This document shows positions 7,643 through 14,606 of a stretch of DNA of 14,606 nucleotides, one piece after another; position 1 is the stretch's first letter, and every line of letters begins with the position of its first letter. Location of the stretch: NCBI GenBank assembly GCA_051117555.1, contig JBNPEG010000216.1, positions 1 to 14,606 of the forward strand, in the 5' to 3' direction. A program made the translations under genes and the position numbers. Source of the DNA: Elainellaceae cyanobacterium (GTDB taxonomy: Bacteria > Cyanobacteriota > Cyanobacteriia > CAZCXK01). The notes beneath the pieces were generated by a model. It had not been told where the DNA came from. It saw only the letters and a program-made list of their open reading frames with translations, and did no database searches.

Positions 7643-8419
7643 ATGTCTAGACTCCGGCGCAGGAAAGACGGGAAATTTAGGGCTAAGTCAACTGAAGATC
7701 GCAAAGTCCGTAGTATCCGAGCAACCGATTCAGCATGGGAATCCTTGGGGGATATTGCTGAGTCACAAAACATGACGCGGGCTGACCTGATGGAGAAAAT
7801 GGTTCAGGATGGCAAGCTAGACTGCATTCAAGGGATTGACGTGCTTCAAGAGCTAGTCCATCAGCTTAAACCGGATCACGAATTACTACCAATTCAAGAA
7901 CTGGTGCAGCAGCTTGAACCTGAGGCACAGATTGGCTCGCTTCGCGAGCTTGTTCAACATCTGCAACCCATTCAGGATCTTGTTCATCAACTCGACCCCA
8001 TTCAAGAACTCGCTCAAAAGTTAGAACCCTTTCAGGAACTTGCTCAAAAGCTAGAGCCCATCCAGGAACTTGCTCAAAAGCTGGAAGCGATTCAAGGAGT
8101 CGGCCTTCTCCAGGCGCTGGGTAAAGATATCGATGTCGTGTCGGATACTGCGGCGGGTATAGAAGCTCTGCGAACAACGCCCAATCAGCTAGAAGTACTG
8201 GATAAACGTGCGATCGCCCTTGACATGATCCATCAATTTATCGAGGAATATGATTTGGAGCATAAAGTTGCGAACCCCCACGAATATCGTGAATATCAAG
8301 GGCTAGCAGACCTGGAAAAATGGCTCATGCGGCAGTCGGCGCTGATGTCGCTGGTTCACATCAATGGTCAATCCAATGGTCAATCCAATGGTCAATCGTC
8401 TTATCCCAGCCCAATTTGA
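7643..8419 (+). CDS. Ribbon-helix-helix (CopG-like) DNA-binding protein with internal 10-aa repeats, 258 aa
   Basis: VRSIRATDSAWESLGDIAESQNMTRADLMEKM fits a beta-helix-helix pattern; PIQELAQKLE repeats follow. Confidence 0.7.
   Translation: MSRLRRRKDGKFRAKSTEDRKVRSIRATDSAWESLGDIAESQNMTRADLMEKMVQDGKLDCIQGIDVLQELVHQLKPDHELLPIQELVQQLEPEAQIGSLRELVQHLQPIQDLVHQLDPIQELAQKLEPFQELAQKLEPIQELAQKLEAIQGVGLLQALGKDIDVVSDTAAGIEALRTTPNQLEVLDKRAIALDMIHQFIEEYDLEHKVANPHEYREYQGLADLEKWLMRQSALMSLVHINGQSNGQSNGQSSYPSPI
7967..8095 (+). repeat. Coding tandem repeat, 30-nt unit, about 4.3 copies
   Basis: PIQDLVHQLD PIQELAQKLE PFQELAQKLE PIQELAQKLE AIQ. Confidence 0.9.
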
Positions 8420-8662
8420 ATAGTGGGGAGCATCACACATTTGTAACTGTATCAATGTTTGTAGCGCGGACATCTTGCCCGCGTTGGCTACGCTAATTCT
8501 CAATTTTGGATTTTCGATTTTGGATCGACAGATATCGATGTTGAGAAGATTCCAGCCTGTGCGTAGTGTTCACTTCTTGCGGTGCGATCGCCCGTTTGCA
8601 ACCATACCTGTGCAAGATATTCATCAACGATCACACTCTGCTTTTGTGCAACTCGTTAAAAT

Positions 8663-10132
8663 ATGTCAGCAGGGCAGTTCCAAACGTCACCTATGATCTC
8701 TGAACTACAGCAGGCACTTAATTCGATTCACGTTTCCGCCGACTGGGTTGGATTGCGCGTCGTCAAAGAAGCAATCAGCACCCGCTCCGTTCGGGATGGC
8801 AATCCGCAGAGAAACGGAAAATCTCTCGATCGCGGCATCATGGTCGAGGTTTTAGTCGATGGGCAGATTGGCTACGGCGCGACGAATTCTCTGAGTCCTG
8901 ATGCGATTCAAGCCGCGGCTCAGACGGCCTATCAGCAGGCTAAGGCAGCGAGCCAATGGGCGCTTCATCCTTTCACAACCGCGGTACGCCCTAAAGTAGT
9001 GGGCAACTACGTCTCACCGTTTCTAAAGCCACTGGATGTGCTTAGTCCTGGCGATATCAACGATTTGCTGGTGCGGATCTGTAAGACGATGAAAATATCC
9101 GATCAGATCGTGCAGGCGATCGCCACCGCAGTGACTAATGAGACAGAGACGTGGTTTGTCAGCAGCAACGGCTCTGAGGTGTATCAAAAGTTTCTGATGC
9201 TGCAAACTCATTTTGGCGTGACGGCTCAAGATGGGGCGATCGTGCAACATCGGAGCGATCATGGGTTTCGTGCTCACTGTCACCAAGGTGGCTGGGAACT
9301 CTTTCCGTTAGACGCAATCTGGGATCAGGCGCAAACGGTTGGGGAACAAGGGATTGAATTACTCTCTGCTGATGATTGTCCGACGGCTACCACTCATCTT
9401 GTCCTCGCGCCTGACCAGATGATGCTTCAAATTCACGAAAGCGTAGGGCATCCCCTTGAGCTCGATCGCATCCTCGGGGACGAACGGAACTATGCAGGGG
9501 GCAGCTTTGTGAAGCCCTCAGACTTTGGTACGTTGTCCTACGGCTCGACGCTGATGAATATCACCTTTGACCCTACTGTGGCTGGAGAGTTTGCGAGTTA
9601 TAACTTTGATGACACCGGGAATCCGGCAACTAAAGAATATTTGATTCGCGACGGGATGCTGATGCGAGGACTCGGGAGTCTAGAGAGCCAAACTCGACTC
9701 GGCGTTGCAGGAGTTGCCAATGCCCGTGCATCGTCGTGGAATCGCCCCCCGATTGACCGCATGGCAAATATCAACCTGGAGCCCGGCACCGAATCATTGG
9801 AGGAGCTGATCAGCGACATTGAACACGGCGTCTATATGGAAGCCAATCGCTCGTGGTCGATTGACGATCAGCGCTATAAATTTCAGTTTGGGTGCGAATA
9901 TGCCAGGCTCATTGAAAATGGCACGCTGACTAAACCGTTGCGAAACCCAAACTATCGAGCTACAACGCCAGAATTTTGGCATAGCCTTGTCCGCATTGGG
10001 GATGCAAAAACCTGGGAAAACTACGGCACCCCCTATTGCGGCAAAGGGGAGCCCAATCAGGCCATTCGAGTGGGGCATGGCTCACCCGTCTGCGTCTTTG
10101 AACAAGTAGAAGTGTTTGGGGGAGATGCATGA
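8663..10132 (+). CDS. tldD: TldD/PmbA-family metalloprotease, catalytic TldD subunit (true start may be 8693)
   Basis: HESVGH zinc motif, PIDRMAN, CGKGEP. Confidence 0.92.
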   Translation: MSAGQFQTSPMISELQQALNSIHVSADWVGLRVVKEAISTRSVRDGNPQRNGKSLDRGIMVEVLVDGQIGYGATNSLSPDAIQAAAQTAYQQAKAASQWALHPFTTAVRPKVVGNYVSPFLKPLDVLSPGDINDLLVRICKTMKISDQIVQAIATAVTNETETWFVSSNGSEVYQKFLMLQTHFGVTAQDGAIVQHRSDHGFRAHCHQGGWELFPLDAIWDQAQTVGEQGIELLSADDCPTATTHLVLAPDQMMLQIHESVGHPLELDRILGDERNYAGGSFVKPSDFGTLSYGSTLMNITFDPTVAGEFASYNFDDTGNPATKEYLIRDGMLMRGLGSLESQTRLGVAGVANARASSWNRPPIDRMANINLEPGTESLEELISDIEHGVYMEANRSWSIDDQRYKFQFGCEYARLIENGTLTKPLRNPNYRATTPEFWHSLVRIGDAKTWENYGTPYCGKGEPNQAIRVGHGSPVCVFEQVEVFGGDA

Positions 10133-11490
10133 TGATTCAGGCTATGCCTACACGAATAATCGCCTCGTTTGAATCGACCTTTGGCCAGGTTGTCGACGCG
10201 CTTCTCAATGCCCTCAATGCTGACGAATATTTAACCATTCAGTTAGTCGGTGAAGATAGCCAGTTTATTCGGTTTAATCATGCCAGAGTCCGGCAAACCG
10301 GATGCGTTACTGACGGACAGATGAAACTGACGCTGATGCACAATCAGCGCATGAGCTTTCGGTCATTTCCGTTTCGGGGTGAATGGGATGGGGATTGGGC
10401 CTATGCAAAAGCGGCGCTCGACGAGCTACGTCAAGAGGTTCCGCAGCTTCCTGTTGATCCCTATTTGGTGCTCCCAACAGGAAATGCGACCAGCCGCGAT
10501 CGCCACCAAGGACAGCTCCTTTCACACGATTCGGCGGTCGATGAAATCTTGCCTGCCGTAAGTGGGCTAGACTTTGCAGGAATTTATGCGGGAGGCTTGT
10601 CTATTCGGGCGTATGCCGATTCGGTTGGGCAACGCCATTGGTTTGCGACAGACTCATTTGCGCTCGATTATTCAATCTTTGCTGACGACGGGCAAGCCGT
10701 TAAGGGCACGTTCGCCGGAACTGACTGGGATGCGCACTCCTATGCTGAAACCCTAGCCACGTCAAAGCGCCAGCTTGAAAAACTTGCGCGATCGCCCAAA
10801 CAGGTTCCCAAAGGACACTATCGCACCTATTTTTCGCCGGCGGCAGTTGCAGATTTGGTGAGCATGTTTTCGTGGGGATGTGTGAGTGAGGCATCCCTCC
10901 AGCGAGGGGGAAGCGCATTAGGTGCCCTCCAGAGAGGTGATAAAGCGCTGTCGCCGCTGTTTACGCTCAGCGAAAATTTTGCCCGTGGATTGGTGCCTCG
11001 CTTCAACGATTTGGGAGAAGTCGCTCCAGTAGAGTTGCCCCTGATTAAAAACGGCAAACTTATGAACACGCTGATCAGTTCTCGGACTGCCAAAGAATAC
11101 GGCAAAACGGCTAATGGGGCAGCTAGTGGAGAATATCTGCGATCGCCTGAGGTCAGCCTAGGCACCCTATCCACCTCAGATATTCTCCCCGCTCTTGATA
11201 CGGGGCTGTATGTCTCTAACCTGCACTATCTCAACTGGAGCGATCGCCAAAATGGTCGCGTCACGGGCATGACTCGCTATGCGTGCTTTTGGGTAGAAGA
11301 CGGAGAGATGATTGCTCCCATCAAAGATCTTCGATTTGATGAAAGCCTCTACCGATTTTTTGGCGAGAATCTCATCAACCTAACCAATGTTCCAGAATTT
11401 ATTCCTGAAGTAGGCACCTACGGACTGCGAGATTTGGGTGGGACCTGGGTTCCCGGTGCGCTTGTCGAAGGATTTACCTACACGCTCTGA
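10129..11490 (+). CDS. tldE: TldE/PmbA-like partner subunit
   Basis: ATGA overlap with tldD; TldE-like C-terminus (TGMTRYACFWVEDG...LRFDES); lacks HExxxH. Confidence 0.85.
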   Translation: MMIQAMPTRIIASFESTFGQVVDALLNALNADEYLTIQLVGEDSQFIRFNHARVRQTGCVTDGQMKLTLMHNQRMSFRSFPFRGEWDGDWAYAKAALDELRQEVPQLPVDPYLVLPTGNATSRDRHQGQLLSHDSAVDEILPAVSGLDFAGIYAGGLSIRAYADSVGQRHWFATDSFALDYSIFADDGQAVKGTFAGTDWDAHSYAETLATSKRQLEKLARSPKQVPKGHYRTYFSPAAVADLVSMFSWGCVSEASLQRGGSALGALQRGDKALSPLFTLSENFARGLVPRFNDLGEVAPVELPLIKNGKLMNTLISSRTAKEYGKTANGAASGEYLRSPEVSLGTLSTSDILPALDTGLYVSNLHYLNWSDRQNGRVTGMTRYACFWVEDGEMIAPIKDLRFDESLYRFFGENLINLTNVPEFIPEVGTYGLRDLGGTWVPGALVEGFTYTL

Positions 11491-11658
11491 TGGGTGACCT
11501 ATGTGAACCGTATCAAATGGTATACACGGGCGATCGCGCATCCCTTAACACAGCATTAGCCAGCTTAGGACATGACTTCTGACTCAAACCAAAGCCGGGG
11601 AAGCTGGCATGCAACTGCACAAAGAACTGTGGCGGTTGATATAAAATCTACCCAAGGC

Positions 11659-12792
11659 CTACACAGGCAGGGAACTCGATGGCGTTGAAGGGGACGGTTC
11701 CGTTTGGGATAACTTGGCAGGTTTCTCTGCTATTAGTTTGGGCTGAAGATAGAGATTCTCGACTAATACGGCTGTTCCCGCAAACCACGGCGGCACAATG
11801 AGCGCCCCAATAATACCGAGTACTTGAATTCCCCCCAACACTGCCAAAAGCTGATAAAGCGGATGAATCCCTACTGACGACCCCACAAGTAATGGATCAA
11901 GCACATAGGTTTCAAGGTTTTGAATCACTATAAACAGCAGAAACACCCACAGCAGAATCCACCAGCTTTGTGATACTGCAACAGCAAGCGCAGGAATCGC
12001 ACCCAAAATGGGACCTAGAAACGGAATGAGATTGGTTACAGCGGCGATCGCCCCTAGACCAATCGCAAAATCTGATAAGCCAATAACGCTTAAGGTCACT
12101 GTGATAACAAGCCCTAAAATGGCCGAGACAATGATTCGTCCACGGATGTAGCTACCGATGCGATTGCTAATCGGAGCTACCTGAGCTGCGAGGCGCTCAT
12201 CCCAAGGTTGCGGAAATAATCGGGTGACGCTGTGAACCAGCGTTCGGCTATCTGAGAGCATGTAGCCTGAGAGAAATAGCGACAAGATGAGGCTAAACAC
12301 TCCGCCCACGATCCCTGTCGTGAGACTAAAAGATCGGATTAGCAGCTTCTGGGTTGAGCGAATGGCCCACGTGGTGAGTCCCTGGACATCTAAGACCTGG
12401 TCAAACAGTTGATTAATAAGCTCGGGACGCGTATCGCTCTGGGTCATCACCCAGTTTTCCGCTACAGATAGCAAGTTTTTTAGCGAAACAGGTACTTGCC
12501 GAATCAACCGCTGAATTTGTTCAAAGATAGTGGGACCAATCAACAGCCCTGCTCCTGTCAACCCAGCAACCAGAGTTAAGTAAACTAAAATGACAGTCAC
12601 CCAACGAGGAATTCGGAACTGTTCAGCCCAATCTACTACGGGCGAGATTGCCGACGCCAGCACCACCGAAATCAGCAGCAACACAATCAGGCTGCGTACC
12701 TGCCAAACCACAATGACCAGCAAGAAAATTGCTGGAATAAGAAGTAATGTTGTCAACGAAACTGTGATTCGCTGTTCAGGCAACAGTGTCAA
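11659..12792 (-). CDS. AI-2E (UPF0118/PerM) family transporter
   Basis: Multiple TM helices; NLIPFLGPILGAIP and QNLETYVLDPLLVGSSVGIHP; GGAGG before the TTG start. Confidence 0.92.
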   Translation of the reverse strand: MTLLPEQRITVSLTTLLLIPAIFLLVIVVWQVRSLIVLLLISVVLASAISPVVDWAEQFRIPRWVTVILVYLTLVAGLTGAGLLIGPTIFEQIQRLIRQVPVSLKNLLSVAENWVMTQSDTRPELINQLFDQVLDVQGLTTWAIRSTQKLLIRSFSLTTGIVGGVFSLILSLFLSGYMLSDSRTLVHSVTRLFPQPWDERLAAQVAPISNRIGSYIRGRIIVSAILGLVITVTLSVIGLSDFAIGLGAIAAVTNLIPFLGPILGAIPALAVAVSQSWWILLWVFLLFIVIQNLETYVLDPLLVGSSVGIHPLYQLLAVLGGIQVLGIIGALIVPPWFAGTAVLVENLYLQPKLIAEKPAKLSQTEPSPSTPSSSLPV

Positions 12793-13240
12793 TCCATTCG
12801 CCTCCCAATGATGTTATGCATTCATTTTGCCAATAGTTTGGAAAATTACGGGCCTATCCAAGGGTAAAGAATAGCCCGATAAGGGGGTATCGTTCTGACA
12901 TTATTCTGAATACTGTTCTGACATTAATCATAGGCCGATAACTAAATTTAGCTATCGTAGGGACATTGGCTGTTCTAAGGATAGAGATTGATTAATGCTC
13001 TCCTGTAAGAGGTTTGAGAGCAAAAGGCATACTGGCTCTGTAACCGCGTTAATTCAACCCTGTGATAGCGAACGTGATGGCGGGGGCACGCTGTTCCTTC
13101 GAACTGGGAGCACTATGGATGGCATTATAGCAGCGATCGCCCGATGTGCTGGTTATCTGAGTAACGTTGTTCGACAGACTCCAGCAAAACTACGGGGGTA
13201 GGTGTGTCGTAAGCCCCCGCGCCGCGAGGGCTCACGACAC

Positions 13241-13592
13241 GTTCAACGTGTTCAAGATTGTCGCCCCAGACGGTGACATTGATTACTGGGCAACTAATGA
13301 CCTCGAGATGAGTGAACTGCAACGACTCAAGTGGGCTGACTTCGAGTGCTCGATTGAGGAATACCATCGCGGTTTGAAACAGTGTTGCGGCGTCGAAAGC
13401 GCCCAAGTGCGCTCCTCCAGGGCACAGCGCAACCATATTGGCTTTGCCATTCGAGCCTTTCTGCGCCTAGAGATGCATTGGTTCAACACGGGCGTGAGTT
13501 GGGACGAGAGCACACTCAAAATTGTGCGCGAAGCCGTGCGATCCTATTTAGCCGCTCCCACCATTAAGCTAGTTCCAACTGCGTAAGTCCTG
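13241..13592 (+). mobile_element. IS701-family remnant: transposase C-terminus plus right end
   Basis: VFKIV...YWATNDL...IEEYHRGLKQCCGVE..QVRS.RAQRNHI; ends TGCGTAAGTCCTG (13580-13592); N-terminal part absent. Confidence 0.85.
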
Positions 13593-13594
13593 AG

Positions 13595-13622
13595 CTTTCA
13601 CCTTTCACCTTTCACCTTTCAC
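13595..13622. repeat. Heptamer tandem repeat (CTTTCAC)x4, STRR-like
   Basis: Four exact copies. Confidence 0.9.
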
Positions 13623-13910
13623 CCTTTTCTTGCCTCACCTCCATCGCCACAGCTCGAATGCCTTCAGCAATTTCTCGGAACGCTTCGTCTTGATTATCCC
13701 AGGTGGTGACAGGCTGGTAGTTTGTGGGCAGCACAGTTAACGAACTAAAAGACGCACCTGTCCAATCTACCGGGCGCAACAGGATGGGAATGACGTGGGC
13801 TTCGTTTGCTTGATGTCGCTCCATTGCCCGTTGGATTTCGAGGGTGTAGCAGGTGTCGTCGGCTAGGGAGTTGGCGCTGATCAGCAGCAAAATGATGTCG
13901 GCGGTGTTGG
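13612..13910 (-). pseudogene. TIR-domain protein, C-terminal fragment
   Basis: NTADIILLLISANSLADDTCYTLEIQRAMERH...VIPILLRPVDW...PVTTWDNQDEAF. The N-terminal FxSYSHxD region is absent. Confidence 0.8.
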
Positions 13911-13918
13911 GTTGTACT

Positions 13919-14329
13919 TTACGCTCCGTGGCCGGGGGCTTCACTCATCTTGTCAAGGTAGGTGATCGCTACTTTCGCCAAAAGGCTTTCTTCCAGATAG
14001 TGCTTGGCGACTTCTCCAAGGGTGGCTTTAATCGCTTGTGAGTGACGTTCGGGATTGAGGAGTTGCTGGTGAAGCGTGACCAGCCGATGATTGGGAGACT
14101 GTTTGATGTCCGTAAATTCAGTATCAATAATGGCCAGTACTTCAGTTTCAGTGGTGACGTTGGGATGCTAGACTTGAAGCTGGGTAATCGGGGTTTGCAA
14201 GTTTGCGATCGCTGCTTCAACTTCAGGATCAACAGCATGATTGTGCTGACTTTCGATGTAGGTCTCCACGCGCTCGAAGATTTGAACCTTTTCGGCTTTT
14301 GGGAAGTTGTATTTTGAGGGTTCTGTCAT
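13919..14329 (-). pseudogene. Cyanobacterial hypothetical protein with an internal stop
   Basis: MTEPSKYNFPKAEKVQIFE...TQLQV*HPNVTTETEVLAIID...YLDKMSEAPGHGA*. TAG at 14170-14168; the frame stays open on both sides. Confidence 0.7.
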
Positions 14330-14348
14330 ACTTAACCTTTCCGAATTA

Positions 14349-14483
14349 TTAATTCCAGAGTCGTTGAATAGGGTAGGCATCTATTTGAGTATCTTGGCTG
14401 ACGAGAGCCAGAGAATGATGGGTAGCTTGAGCAATGAGAAGTCTGTCAAAAGGATCGCGGTGGTGCAGAGGCAAAGACAGATA
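14349..14483 (-). pseudogene. vapC: PIN-domain VapC toxin, C-terminal fragment
   Basis: YLSLPLHHRDPFDRLLIAQATHHSLALVSQDTQIDAYPIQRLWN*. The upstream frame is closed by a stop and no N-terminal PIN sequence was seen. Confidence 0.8.
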
Positions 14484-14606
14484 TACCGTTCTCAAATAGG
14501 ACATGAACAATAACCGTACATGAATGCTTTAGGAAAAGCGAAGGTTTGCAAATGCGTTACCAGTCCAAATAGCAACTTAACCGACTTGAATTTCTTGCAC
14601 ATGCGA

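Noticed and set aside
9023..11174. Short antisense or alternate-frame ORFs inside tldD/tldE (likewise those inside the helicase and aroF)
   Set aside because: They overlap well-supported genes and show no independent motifs.
12995..13201. 68-aa ORF with IAAIARCAGYL, faintly like an IS4/Tn5 transposase C-terminus
   Set aside because: The similarity is too short to support a call.
13190..13240. Group II intron domain V/VI
   Set aside because: No catalytic AGC/CGC triad domain V structure was found.
13911..13944. N-terminus of the 110-aa TIR ORF
   Set aside because: This is the out-of-frame 3' end of the upstream pseudogene, not TIR sequence.

Overview
Cyanobacterial chromosomal window: about 17 HIP1 octamers (GCGATCGC) counted by eye, none inside 1380-4243. 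From left to right: the left end of an IS630 element interrupting a TIGR01777-type epimerase pseudogene; a small membrane protein; and an AT-rich DinG-like helicase/PD-(D/E)xK nuclease gene (Hna-like, probably anti-phage). This gene has the hallmarks of an integron gene cassette (a downstream attC and matching 11-bp core sites) and sits beside a 4 x 40-bp palindromic array, with no integrase in the window. Next come a structured leader plus small ORF with a possible LexA box, and a DAHP synthase (aroF) preceded by two tandem unannotated aromatic-rich leader peptides, each with its own terminator. These are followed by two lipoproteins (one missed by the ORF track), an RHH/repeat protein, a tldD-tldE pair, an AI-2E transporter, and a decayed end region (IS701, TIR, hypothetical and VapC fragments). 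All calls come from reading the sequence; no searches were run.
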